Shown: positions 1 through 10,111 of the stretch, piece after piece
Layout: each line of letters starts with the position of its first letter
Position numbering within the stretch: position 1 is the first letter of the stretch
Assembly: GCA_049975265.1 (NCBI GenBank)
Contig: JBNGDF010000007.1
Coordinates: 63,542-127,541, forward strand
From: Fidelibacterota bacterium
GTDB lineage: Bacteria; Fidelibacterota; UBA2242
Direction: 5' to 3'
Length of the DNA: 64,000 nt
Notes under the pieces: generated by a model
What the model was told of the DNA's origin: nothing
Seen by the model: only the letters and a program-made list of their open reading frames with translations
The model's database searches: none
Made by a program: the position numbers and the translations under genes

Positions 1-188
1 AGAAATATCGGCTGTTTGAATGAAATAAGCACTCCAATCGCCGGAAGTGTTTGATAATTCAATTAAATCACTGGTTGTAGCAATCTGATACTCATCGTTA
101 CTCGTCCCAGAACCCCACTATAGGTTCCCGCAAAAGACAGAGTACAGCAGACAATCAAACCACTCATTAATAAGATCTTAATTCGCAT
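1..188 (-). pseudogene. 5' end of a secreted GLUG-type/surface protein, frameshifted in a G4 run (113-116); runs off the window edge
   Basis: AAGGAG RBS, then ATG at 188 and signal peptide MRIKILLMSGLIVCCTLSFAGTYS. Adding one G continues the frame as GGSGTSNDEYQIATTSDLIELSNTSGDWSAYFIQTADIS, the typical GSGT..D.YQI.T..DL start of such domains. Confidence 0.7.
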
Positions 189-444
189 GATAAGCTCCTT
201 TAATAAATATCAAGACGATGTGATTACATAACCGAATCCTGTTTGGTGGTTACCTAAACAGAAGACCGTCCGAATTTGTTACTAACAGTATACTTCTAAT
301 TATTATACATATTTAATAAACTAAGGATTTATTATTTGAATGTCAAATCACCTGGTGATTTATATTTTTGCATATCTGGGAAGTGTGCTTAGTCTTTTCT
401 GCAGCATCTTAGTTGAATATTAAAATGGAAAGATTTGAAACGAG

Positions 445-476
445 AAAAGCGCCCGGGATATGGGGTCTCGGGCGCT
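445..476 (-). terminator. Intrinsic terminator-like hairpin downstream of the selA-selB-mutS-porV-like genes
   Basis: Minus strand agcgcccgagac-cccat-atcccgggcgct followed by TTTT. Confidence 0.55.
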
Positions 477-954
477 GGTTTATTGATAAACGTCAATTGA
501 CATTTATTAATCACACAACTGTCATTGCTAATATTTTTATATCAGGCTGCAGAGCAAACCTCCGAAAACCCATTTTAAACCAAGTCTAAACACTATTTTC
601 TGATCCTTGATACTGTTGACCAGGGTGCCATATATATCGGTGTAATATTTCAGACAAAACCGAAATCCCGGTTCAAAGGATTCGGGCTTTAAGCCGTAGT
701 AATCCCTTTTGTGGCAATATTTTTTAATCGACACATTCACCATAATATCGTTCCGGTTTTTATCCTTTTTATCCCGTTTGGGAGATGTATTGACCACCGT
801 GCTAAAACCCTGTGGAGTCGGTCCCCAGGCAAGGGTGATATATTGGGGTCGATCGACGCCAGGAAAATGATTCGGAATGATAACACATTTCCTTTTTTTC
901 AGTTTTTTTCTCTTTGGAAAGAGTGTTGTCCAGCTTTACCTTTCTGTCAGACAG

Positions 955-2019
955 CTACAGATGTTCCCGCATAAATCGCCCCAATTCACCAAAGTGCAGC
1001 GTCAGTCCGATGCGGTGCGATTGTCCCAGTTCGGCATAGGACCCTCCCATCGCCAGGCTGTAATTGATACTTCCTACGCGAGTGTCCAGTCCGAGACCGA
1101 TATGGGCGCTGCCCAGATTATCCCGTCCCAGACGCATTAGAATATGCTCCCTGATCTGTATTTCCATACCCAGCCGGAATCCGCTGCTGATAAATCCCAG
1201 ATTCCAGTCCGACTGGTTGGTCTCACCCTCCAGCAGCATATCCATTCCGATAAAGGGTCGTAATACCACCGGCACAAATTGCGGTGCAATTTGATAGGCA
1301 GTTCCCAGTTGAACAGATGGTACAATTAACTCGTTGTCCCCGTCAGGATAGTATAAAAACGTGGTGGTGGCATCCCGTACGATTATTCCGATATAGAGAT
1401 TCTTGAATGCCCGATACTGAACCGCCAGGTCAAAGCCGATCCCAAAAGCCGCTGTGGTGCCCAGATTTTTATACAGCGCTTTGACCGTCCCACCGATATT
1501 CAGGGCGGGTTTCAGTTGGCGCCCCAGCGCAAAGAACAGAGCGTTTTCACTGGCGCCAAAGGTTCCGATCTTCCCGAAATCCAGACGTTCGCCGGCGTCC
1601 AGTTGCCCGTTGCCATTTTCATCAACCAGCGCCGAGCGGGTATCGGGAATCCCGTCCACGCCCGACCGAAAAAAGCTCAATCCGTAGGACCATTCGCCGG
1701 AGCCGGGCAGAACCAGCGATATATAGTCCAGATTCAGCACTCCGGCGAACTCCTCGGTATGCATGAATTCAGCAGAAATCCGCCGGCTGTCCACCAGTGT
1801 CGCCGGATTCCAGTAGACCGCCGCCGTACTCTGCGGTGCCGCCAGTGACGCTCCGCCGAGACTCATCTCCCGGACGCCCATGCCGATCTTCAGAAACTCG
1901 CCGGCATATTTATCGCCCAGCGCCTGCACCGGCGAGCTCGCCACAATAAGGACCATTCCCAGGATCAGAATCGAAGAAATGCGCTGCCTGTCTGTTTTTA
2001 AAATCGGAACAATGATCAT
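955..2019 (-). CDS. PorV/PorQ (UPF0164)-family outer-membrane beta-barrel protein
   Basis: Signal peptide, then GEFLKIGMGVREMSLGGA...AVYWNPA motif and amphipathic beta strands; Dx[DN]xDG-like loop DENGNGQLDAGE. Confidence 0.75.
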   Translation of the reverse strand: MIIVPILKTDRQRISSILILGMVLIVASSPVQALGDKYAGEFLKIGMGVREMSLGGASLAAPQSTAAVYWNPATLVDSRRISAEFMHTEEFAGVLNLDYISLVLPGSGEWSYGLSFFRSGVDGIPDTRSALVDENGNGQLDAGERLDFGKIGTFGASENALFFALGRQLKPALNIGGTVKALYKNLGTTAAFGIGFDLAVQYRAFKNLYIGIIVRDATTTFLYYPDGDNELIVPSVQLGTAYQIAPQFVPVVLRPFIGMDMLLEGETNQSDWNLGFISSGFRLGMEIQIREHILMRLGRDNLGSAHIGLGLDTRVGSINYSLAMGGSYAELGQSHRIGLTLHFGELGRFMREHL

Positions 2020-2062
2020 GATTTGGATTTAACCGGAGCGCTATCGGGAATGTTCCCTGACA

Positions 2063-4681
2063 TCAACTGCTGAACTCCTTTTTCAGCTGATTCAATTTTT
2101 CCAGCGCCTCAAGAGGTGTCATGGTATCAATATCCACCTCATTGAGTCGTTTGCGCAGTTCGCTCTCCCGCTGGTCAAATAGTCCCAGCTGATTGCGGTC
2201 CGGCTCCGGCATCTTTTTATATTTAATGCGGTCGGTGGGTAACACCCGCTCATCGCTGCTCAGATTCACCATGATCTCATTCGCCCGGTGAATAACCTCC
2301 GCCGGAATTCCCGCCATCTGGGCGACATGGATACCGTAACTCTTGTCGCAGCCGCCGGGAATGATCTTGCGCAGGAAAACCACCCGGTCGCCATATTCCT
2401 TGACCGCCACATTGAGATTGCGCACCCGCTTCAGATATTTTTCCAGTTCCGTTAACTCATGATAATGGGTCGCAAAGAGGGTTTTCGCAGCGACCTCCTT
2501 ATGCTGGTGCAGATATTCCGTCACCGCCCAGGCAATCGCCATACCGTCGTAAGTGGATGTGCCGCGTCCGATCTCGTCCAGCAGAATCAGCGACTGCGGG
2601 GTGACATTATTCAGGATATTGGCGGTTTCATTCATCTCCATCAGAAAAGTGGATTCACCCGCCGCCAGATTGTCGCTGGCACCGACCCGGGTAAAAATTT
2701 TATCCACGACCCCAATTGACGCCTCGGCTGCCGGAATAAAACTGCCCATCTGCGCCAGCAGCACAATCAAGCCTACCTGCCGGAGATAGGTGGATTTGCC
2801 CGCCATATTGGGACCGGTGATGATCAGAATCTGATTTTCGCGATTGTCCACGTCGGTGTCATTGGGAATAAACTTCTCTCCCGGCGGCAGCAGCGATTCC
2901 ACGACAGGATGCCGTCCGTCTTTTATATAAATCCGGCTTTTGGTGGTCACCTCCGGACGGTGGTAATCGTTCCGGTCGGCGATTTCAGCCAGAGCGCTGA
3001 GTACATCCAGCTCGGCAATGACGGCGGCATTCCGCTGAATCGCCGTAATGTTTTTCAAAACCGTTGCCCGGATTTCCTGAAAGAGTTCATATTCCAAAGC
3101 CGCAATCTTCTCCTCCGCCGTCAGTAATTTCTCCTCGTATTCTTTCAATTCCGGCGTAATGAAGCGCTCCGAATTAACCAGGGTTTGCTTGCGGATATAG
3201 GTCTCGGGAACCTTATCCACATGGGGTTTGGTAATGTCAATATAGTAACCGAAAACACGGTTATAGCCCACCTTCAGCGTGGGGATACCCAGCTTTTCCC
3301 GCTCGCTGGTTTGCAGGCGCATGATCCACTCTTTACCGTGCTTGATAATATAGCGATAGTCGTCCAGCTCTTTGGAATAACCGTCGCGGATAAAACCCCC
3401 TTCGCGAATGGACAGCGGCAGGTCCTGCTCTTTAATCGCCCTCTCCAGCAGCTGCACCAGAGCCTGTAGCGGTTTTAATGTCTCTGCCGACGTTTGAAAC
3501 ACCGGAGCTTCATTGACAATCTCCCGTATTTCCGGGATCAACTCCAGGGTAGTCTGCAAATTACGCAGCTCCCGGGCACCGGCGCGGTTGGTGGTCAGGC
3601 GCGACAGCAGTCGCTCCAGATCGCTGGTTTCTCTCAGAAGTTTGCGCAGACGGCGGCGCTTGTCGTGTCCCTTATAAAAAAATTCCACCCGGTCATGCCG
3701 CTGCCTGATCTGCTCAATATTCCGCAGGGGCGACCGAATCCACTTCACCAGTAAGCGACTGCCCGCCGGGGTCACCGTGTCATTAATGACGCTGAACAGC
3801 GTTCCCTGGTCGTCACCGGACTGCATACTGCGAAAGAGTTCCAGATTGCGCTGGGTAAATTCATCAATGAGGACATAATCTTTATCAATTTGCAGACGAA
3901 GGCTGGAAATGTGTCCCAGATTAGTCTGATGATTTTGTCGCAGGTAGCTGATAATCGGTCCGGCAGCCATAATGCCGTATGCCGCCTTCTCGCAGCCGAA
4001 ACCTTTCAGGTTTTTCGTCCGAAAATGATTGGTCAGCGTCTCATATGCCATTTCCCGGGTATAGAAAAAGTCCTCCATCGGCGTAATCCGCAGCACCTGC
4101 CGACCGAAGAGTGCATTGACCTCTTCGGAGAGTCTTTCCGGGCAGAGAATCTCCGAGGGCTGCAGTGCCATGACGGCTTCTTTCAGCCGGTCAGGCGTCG
4201 TTTCGCTGAGATAAAACTCGCCGGTGGAGACATCAATGGTGGCGATCCCGGCAATGGATTCATCAAATATGAGCGAGATCAGGTAGTTATTTTTATCCTT
4301 TTCGAGATAATTATCGGTAATCGCCGTACCCGGCGTCACCAGTTCCACCACCTCCCGCTTGACAATGCCCTTCGCCAGCTTTGGGTCTTCCACCTGCTCG
4401 CAGATGGCGACTTTCAAACCCGCCCGGATCAGCTTATGCAGGTAATTATCCAGAGCGTGATAGGGAAATCCCGCCAGCGGGACGGCGGCGGCTTTGCCGT
4501 TGGCGCGCCTGGTGAGGGTAATGTTCAGAATCCTGGCGGCGGTCCGGGCATCCTCCCGGAAAGTTTCATAAAAATCTCCCATGCGGAACAGCAGCAGCGC
4601 GTCGGGATATTTGGACTTGATCGCGCTGAATTGGCGCATCACCGGTGTGGATTCGTCAATATGTTCGCTCTTTTTCGCCAT
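2063..4681 (-). CDS. mutS: DNA mismatch repair protein MutS
   Basis: TPVMRQF, FRMGDFYE, Walker A TGPNMAGKS, DEIGRGTST, FATHYHEL. Confidence 0.98.
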   Translation of the reverse strand: MAKKSEHIDESTPVMRQFSAIKSKYPDALLLFRMGDFYETFREDARTAARILNITLTRRANGKAAAVPLAGFPYHALDNYLHKLIRAGLKVAICEQVEDPKLAKGIVKREVVELVTPGTAITDNYLEKDKNNYLISLIFDESIAGIATIDVSTGEFYLSETTPDRLKEAVMALQPSEILCPERLSEEVNALFGRQVLRITPMEDFFYTREMAYETLTNHFRTKNLKGFGCEKAAYGIMAAGPIISYLRQNHQTNLGHISSLRLQIDKDYVLIDEFTQRNLELFRSMQSGDDQGTLFSVINDTVTPAGSRLLVKWIRSPLRNIEQIRQRHDRVEFFYKGHDKRRRLRKLLRETSDLERLLSRLTTNRAGARELRNLQTTLELIPEIREIVNEAPVFQTSAETLKPLQALVQLLERAIKEQDLPLSIREGGFIRDGYSKELDDYRYIIKHGKEWIMRLQTSEREKLGIPTLKVGYNRVFGYYIDITKPHVDKVPETYIRKQTLVNSERFITPELKEYEEKLLTAEEKIAALEYELFQEIRATVLKNITAIQRNAAVIAELDVLSALAEIADRNDYHRPEVTTKSRIYIKDGRHPVVESLLPPGEKFIPNDTDVDNRENQILIITGPNMAGKSTYLRQVGLIVLLAQMGSFIPAAEASIGVVDKIFTRVGASDNLAAGESTFLMEMNETANILNNVTPQSLILLDEIGRGTSTYDGMAIAWAVTEYLHQHKEVAAKTLFATHYHELTELEKYLKRVRNLNVAVKEYGDRVVFLRKIIPGGCDKSYGIHVAQMAGIPAEVIHRANEIMVNLSSDERVLPTDRIKYKKMPEPDRNQLGLFDQRESELRKRLNEVDIDTMTPLEALEKLNQLKKEFSS

Positions 4682-4719
4682 CTTAATTCGGCTTTAAATA
4701 TACAGAATCACCGAGAAGA

Positions 4720-6621
4720 TTAAAACACGATATCACAATCTGCATTCAATCCTCGCTGATCACCATTCCGGTAAGTTAATCCTATTCGGTCGAAATAATT
4801 TAAAACCGGCACCGCCCATTTGCGGCTGGTATGCAGGACCTCTTTCAGTTCGCTGACCGTCGCCAGCTGGTGCTGCCGGAGGTACTCTTTGATTCGCTTT
4901 CCGCCCTCTTGCAGCGTTTCGATATGAATGTACATTCCCCGCTCCAGCTGCACGATCCGCTGAGTTTCCACAAGGTACGCGATGATCTGCTGAAACTCCC
5001 TTTCCGAATAATTCCCGGGAAAGTCCGCCTGACGGACCTTCGGCGGTTCAAAACCTCCTGCCCGCAGCGCTTCTTCAATTTTACCGATCAACTGCTCCTG
5101 CCCGGCGGAAAATTCGATTCGGAAGTCGGCAGCCGCCACACGTTCGCCGGTCAGCCTGATTGCCCCAGTTTCGGCAAGTGTCGTCAATAAATAATTCAAC
5201 AATTCCACCGGAATTTTCTGTATCTCCCGCAATTCCGGGCGCAACATTCCCGGCAAAAGCGGCTGGCGTTTGTGATAATCTGTCAAAACCCGGAGAATTT
5301 TCTGCTTTAATGTCTCCAGCGGAGCGCTGACCGTCCAAAATTTATCCACCGCCACAAGTCTGTTGGTCACCGTCAATTCATGAATAACACTGCTGACCTT
5401 TTCGGCAGATAATGAAAACCGCTGAGCCAGATCGTGCTCACTGAAAATCTCAGGAAAATTATCCTGCAGATAGAATTCAATCAGCTCGGCTCCCTCTTTT
5501 TCCATCAGGGACCGCTGCGATTCGGCGGCGGCAATCGATTTTTTACGCAGTGCTCGGGCAGCTGGCTCCAGCACGATTCCACCACCGATGGTCTGCATAG
5601 GTGAATAGCGCCGGATGACGAAACGATCCCGGAAACCGGCACAGAGGGGCTTTTCAAAAAGCAACTGCCCAATCGCTTCCTCGCCGGGCAGGAGGCGATC
5701 CTGCCCAATCAGGCGCACCCGCGCCAGATATTCCCCCGTCCCCAGATGCACCCGCACCACCGCATTGTATTTCAGTGGATCGACAGCGGGCAACATTTCC
5801 AGCCAAACGGTCAGTACCCGACCGTTCCGAAAAGTACCCGGAGTCGTCAGGACAGCGCCCCGTTGGATATCGCGGTAATCGATCCCCTGAATATTGATCG
5901 CCGCCCGGTGCCCGGCACTAATCGACTCCAGCATGCGATTATGGGACTGAATTCCGCGAACCTTTACCACAACGTCTCGCGGCTGGAGATCCAGCTTATC
6001 GCCCAGTTGAACCCGACCGCCGATGACCGTTCCCGTTACTACGGTGCCGTATCCTTTGACACTGAACACCCGGTCCACCGGCAGTCGGAAGAGCCTGGTC
6101 TCCGGCGATTCGTCGATCTGTTTTTCAGGCAATGTCAACAGATAATCCCTGAGTTCGGTAATTCCGCTCTCTTTAACGGCAGACACACGAAAGAGCTGGG
6201 CGTTTTCCAGGAAACTACTCTTAACAAAATCGCGGATATCCGCCTCCACCAGCTCCAGCCAGTCCGAATCCACCAGGTCCGTTTTGGTAATCACGATAAT
6301 ACCCTCCCGGACATTGAGCAGCCGTAAAATCTCGAAATGTTCCCGCGTCTGCGGCATAATCCCGTCATCCGCCGCAATTACCAGCATTCCGACACCGATG
6401 GTGCTGGCGCCGGTAACCATATTCTTGATGAATTTTTCATGCCCGGGAACATCAATAAAGGCGATATTCTCATTGAGAAAGGCAAAACCGATGTCAATGG
6501 TCATGCCCCGCTCTTTTTCTTCGATCAGACGGTCGGGATCGGTCCCGGTCAGCGCCCGGATCAGGGTTGATTTACCGTGATCAATATGCCCGGCGGTACC
6601 GATCAGAACGGGATGCGCCAT
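4720..6621 (-). CDS. selB: Selenocysteine-specific translation elongation factor
   Basis: [29 protein letters not shown]-terminal winged helix [14 protein letters not shown]; adjacent to selA. Confidence 0.97.
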   Translation of the reverse strand: MAHPVLIGTAGHIDHGKSTLIRALTGTDPDRLIEEKERGMTIDIGFAFLNENIAFIDVPGHEKFIKNMVTGASTIGVGMLVIAADDGIMPQTREHFEILRLLNVREGIIVITKTDLVDSDWLELVEADIRDFVKSSFLENAQLFRVSAVKESGITELRDYLLTLPEKQIDESPETRLFRLPVDRVFSVKGYGTVVTGTVIGGRVQLGDKLDLQPRDVVVKVRGIQSHNRMLESISAGHRAAINIQGIDYRDIQRGAVLTTPGTFRNGRVLTVWLEMLPAVDPLKYNAVVRVHLGTGEYLARVRLIGQDRLLPGEEAIGQLLFEKPLCAGFRDRFVIRRYSPMQTIGGGIVLEPAARALRKKSIAAAESQRSLMEKEGAELIEFYLQDNFPEIFSEHDLAQRFSLSAEKVSSVIHELTVTNRLVAVDKFWTVSAPLETLKQKILRVLTDYHKRQPLLPGMLRPELREIQKIPVELLNYLLTTLAETGAIRLTGERVAAADFRIEFSAGQEQLIGKIEEALRAGGFEPPKVRQADFPGNYSEREFQQIIAYLVETQRIVQLERGMYIHIETLQEGGKRIKEYLRQHQLATVSELKEVLHTSRKWAVPVLNYFDRIGLTYRNGDQRGLNADCDIVF

Positions 6622-8039
6622 TATTTACCCTGTCCCGACGCAATGGATGTCGCCACCCGGTTTATTGCGCTCACAATAAAAGGCAACTCCTTGTCTGCCA
6701 CGGCTTTCAGGTCCAGAAAAAATTGTCCTTCCCGGATGTAGCCGACCACCGGCGGGTCCTGCTTCCGGAAAAGCGCCGCCAGTTTTGTCTCAGAAATTTT
6801 GGTACAGTTCATCCGCAATGCCACGCTGGGAATCGTCTCCGTGGGCATCGAGCCGCTACCGGCTTCGGCGACCGAATCGCAGATTTCAACCTGGAAAATA
6901 CTTTTTGCCCCATCATCCAGGCCGGCAAGAACGGTCTTCGCCATTTTGCGCAGAGCCGTACGACGGCGCGTCAGAAAGCGATAGGTCTTGATATCCGGTT
7001 GCCCGCCTGCGATCATATAGCGACTTAGGATGAAAGCCAGCATGCTCAGGATCAATTTATCACACCGCACCGCCCGCATCAGCGGATTTTTCCGGAGCTT
7101 GCCCAGATATTCACGCTTGCCGACCACAATACCCGCCTGCGCAGCGCCCAACAGTTTATCGCCGCTGAAGCTGACCAGGTCAAATCCCCGGGCAACAGCG
7201 TCGGCGACCACCGTTTCATGCGGTAAACCGAAGGTTTCCATGGCAATCAGTGCACCACTGCCGAGGTCCAGCATGACAGGTAGATTATGGTGGTGCGCCA
7301 ATTCAATAATGTCGGATTCCGCCGGCTTGCTGGTAAAGCCCTGAATCCGGTAGTTGGAGGTATGTGCCAGCAGGACCGCTGCAGTACCGGGAGTAATGGC
7401 ATTCTCGTAATCCGCCAGATGCGTCCGGTTGGTGGTACCGATCTCCACCATTTTGGCACCGCTCTTTTTCATCACGTCGGGCAGACGGAACGAGCCACCA
7501 ATTTCGATCAGCTCACCCCGGGACACTATCACCTCCCTGCGGTTAGCCAGACTGTTCAGCATCAACAGAACGGCAGCGGCGTTATTGTTGACGACCACCG
7601 CCTGCTGAGCGCCGGTCAGGAGTGTCAGATAATCCTCCAGTAAATCCAGCCGCTCACCCCGTCTGCCACTCTCCAGGTCTATTTCGAGATTCACATATCC
7701 GCTAGCGATATTTTGCAGATACTGAAGAGCATGCTCGCCCAGCGGCGCCCGTCCCAGACCGGTGTGCAGCACCACACCGGTGGCGTTGACCACCCGTTGC
7801 AGGGGCGTCTCCAAAAGCAGCTTGAGGCAGGCATTCACACTGGATGTCACCATTTTCTGTGCTGCATCTCTCGATGTCAGCGTCATCCGACCGGCTGATA
7901 ACTGGTGGCGTAAGCGTTCCAGCTCCCGACGAATGACCTCCGTCAGCACCTCTGTTTTGATATTACTGCACTTAAACTGAGCAACCATCTCGTTGACAGA
8001 GGGCAGATATTGAAAACCGGTAGTCTGTTTTTGATTCAT
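6621..8039 (-). CDS. selA: L-seryl-tRNA(Sec) selenium transferase
   Basis: VVNATGVVLHTGLGRAPL, SRGELIEIGGSFRLPDVM, PLP lysine motif SGDKLLG. Confidence 0.97.
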   Translation of the reverse strand: MNQKQTTGFQYLPSVNEMVAQFKCSNIKTEVLTEVIRRELERLRHQLSAGRMTLTSRDAAQKMVTSSVNACLKLLLETPLQRVVNATGVVLHTGLGRAPLGEHALQYLQNIASGYVNLEIDLESGRRGERLDLLEDYLTLLTGAQQAVVVNNNAAAVLLMLNSLANRREVIVSRGELIEIGGSFRLPDVMKKSGAKMVEIGTTNRTHLADYENAITPGTAAVLLAHTSNYRIQGFTSKPAESDIIELAHHHNLPVMLDLGSGALIAMETFGLPHETVVADAVARGFDLVSFSGDKLLGAAQAGIVVGKREYLGKLRKNPLMRAVRCDKLILSMLAFILSRYMIAGGQPDIKTYRFLTRRRTALRKMAKTVLAGLDDGAKSIFQVEICDSVAEAGSGSMPTETIPSVALRMNCTKISETKLAALFRKQDPPVVGYIREGQFFLDLKAVADKELPFIVSAINRVATSIASGQGK

Positions 8040-8046
8040 GAAGTTC

Positions 8047-8688
8047 TCATTTGTTCTTGTAAAGCATTTGATTAATGCGCACCGCCGAAACTTCTCCTTC
8101 CCGCAGAATCTCCCAGCGCTCGGTGTACAGTTTCAGCAATGTAGAACCGGGACTGGTTGCTGCTTTACCGTTATCAATGACAACCTTAATCTGATCCGGA
8201 AAGTAGCTTCGGATTTCTGCTACGGAACATGCCGGTTTGGCGCCGGCGGGATTGACACTGGTCGTGGAAATCGGGTGAGGGTATCCCGCCAAAAGACGAT
8301 TTAGCGCCGGCAGATCAACCACCCGCACTCCAATGTAGCCGTTACTGACAAAGGGCGCCGGAAACTGATTCGGCGATTTTACCGGCAGTAGCAGCGTTAC
8401 CCGACCGGGCAGCAGCCGATTTACAACCCGCAACTGAAAATCATTTAAATGGTCAAAATCCGCCAGGAGGCTTTTGCAATTGGGATAGAGGATACTGAAC
8501 GGTTTGTCGGACAGGCGCCCCTTCAGCGCCAGCAGGCGCTCCACGCCCAGGGGTTGATATATATCCACGCCCAAACCATAGAGTGTATCTGTCGGATAGG
8601 CGATGATCTCTCCTTTTTCCAGCGTTCGAAACAGTTCCTGTCGCTGTGTGTCCGTATAATCATTCAGGCGAATAATGCGAAGGGTCAT
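8047..8688 (-). CDS. tsaC: L-threonylcarbamoyladenylate synthase (YrdC/Sua5 family)
   Basis: YPTDTLYGLG, LKGR..KP, STTSVN, LREG motifs. Confidence 0.9.
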   Translation of the reverse strand: MTLRIIRLNDYTDTQRQELFRTLEKGEIIAYPTDTLYGLGVDIYQPLGVERLLALKGRLSDKPFSILYPNCKSLLADFDHLNDFQLRVVNRLLPGRVTLLLPVKSPNQFPAPFVSNGYIGVRVVDLPALNRLLAGYPHPISTTSVNPAGAKPACSVAEIRSYFPDQIKVVIDNGKAATSPGSTLLKLYTERWEILREGEVSAVRINQMLYKNK

Positions 8689-9617
8689 GTTCTGTGATCC
8701 TTTTCAATCAATACACTCGGTGGGCGGGTCTTCCAGCGACGGTGAATCCAGTAATACTGCTCTGGGTATTGTACAATCAGCGTTTCGAAGTAGCGGGTAT
8801 ACATCTGAATCAGGTGATTGATACTGGATTTTTCATCCATTGATTCCGGTGTTTCCGGAGTAAATTTTTGAAACCGAATCTGGTAGCGTCCCCGCTCATT
8901 CAGCAGGCAACTGCCCAGCAGAACCGGACACTTTTTCCGCAGGGCAAATAGAATCGGACCCCGGAAGCTGGAGGTCCACTGGTCGAAGAACTTGACCCAC
9001 TCACCCTTTCTTCCGGCGTTCTGATCGGCGATCAGATAAAGCAGTCGGTCATCCCGGATATGGCGCATAGTTGGCAGCGTATAACGGCGACCTTTGGGAA
9101 ATATCTTCATACCGTTCCTCGTCCGAATTTCTGTCACCAGCCGGTCCACCAGTGGATTTTTCAGACGGGCAGCAACCGCCGCTATCTGATAGCCCCGGCG
9201 AGCCAGCCAGTCGGCAATCAGTTCCCAGTTGCCCAAATGAAACAGGATAATGACCACACCCCTTTTTTCGCAAATGGCTTTTTCCAAAGCCGCTGCTTCC
9301 ACCCGTTCAATCATTTGAAAAAAACGCTCATCCCGCAGCTGATAGCCGGCGAATATGTCAAAATAGACAGTGGCGAGATGTACATAGACCCGCCGAATCA
9401 CGCTCCGGTGCCATCCTGCCGATTGATCAGGAAAAGCCCGGCTCAGATTACCGGCTATTATGCGCTTACGATAGGGAAAAACGTAAGCGAAAATTAAGCC
9501 AATCATTTTCGCCAATTGCCGCCGGTCCCGATGGGATAAGCGCGGCAGGAGCCGGTTTGACCAGAAAAGAAACCAATATTCGATATTTTGTTGAAACCTA
9601 ATCGCAGGAACGCTCAT
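8685..9617 (-). CDS. Lipid A biosynthesis lysophospholipid acyltransferase (LpxL/HtrB family)
   Basis: HLGNWE, IADQ, PEQYYWIHRRWK motifs. Confidence 0.88.
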   Translation of the reverse strand: MSVPAIRFQQNIEYWFLFWSNRLLPRLSHRDRRQLAKMIGLIFAYVFPYRKRIIAGNLSRAFPDQSAGWHRSVIRRVYVHLATVYFDIFAGYQLRDERFFQMIERVEAAALEKAICEKRGVVIILFHLGNWELIADWLARRGYQIAAVAARLKNPLVDRLVTEIRTRNGMKIFPKGRRYTLPTMRHIRDDRLLYLIADQNAGRKGEWVKFFDQWTSSFRGPILFALRKKCPVLLGSCLLNERGRYQIRFQKFTPETPESMDEKSSINHLIQMYTRYFETLIVQYPEQYYWIHRRWKTRPPSVLIEKDHRT

Positions 9618-9650
9618 GTGCAGCCATTCACCTGTTTTTCCTGACGCCGG

Positions 9651-10097
9651 CTATTCCGGGTAGGTTCGCCGATAGACATCGTGCATGGTTTCAGAGCCGG
9701 TCTGCAATTTCCGGTAGGCATAGCGCAGCGCTTCGTGAAAACTCTCTTTGTGATTATGCTCATGCTGATAAAAGGTATCAATCCAGTCGATCAGGTCATT
9801 TTTACCGCTTTCATCCAGATTCCGAAAAATAGCAAAGATGGGTTCGGCGATTTCAGCATGGTACCGCGGTGTAACGGACTTCAATTTGCGGCTGGCTTGC
9901 AGCTCCATTTCAATCTCATGGGTCCGATACAGATAGGCATGCAGAAAAACCTTTTTCTCTTCTTGGGTCAGCGCCTTCCAGTAAATCATCTGACCATAGG
10001 CAGTATAGTCGATATTTTTTCCCCGGGCAGGTTCCTGGGCTCGCACCGGAAAACCGAGAGCACCAATAAGAACAACCACAAAAATATGTCTCCACAT
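9651..10097 (-). CDS. Hypothetical exported protein (~148 aa)
   Basis: AAGGAG RBS before ATG 10097; signal peptide MWRHIFVVVLIGALGFPVRA; operon packing. Confidence 0.7.
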   Translation of the reverse strand: MWRHIFVVVLIGALGFPVRAQEPARGKNIDYTAYGQMIYWKALTQEEKKVFLHAYLYRTHEIEMELQASRKLKSVTPRYHAEIAEPIFAIFRNLDESGKNDLIDWIDTFYQHEHNHKESFHEALRYAYRKLQTGSETMHDVYRRTYPE

Positions 10098-10111
10098 TCT
10101 TTTATTCTCCT

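Noticed and set aside
655..690. Hairpin with a TTCAAA loop as possible tRNA-Sec (selC)
   Set aside because: No acceptor stem, T-arm or long variable arm can be built around it.
537..974. Short ORFs 537-797 (-) and 711-974 (+)
   Set aside because: No recognisable motifs or RBS; likely intergenic.
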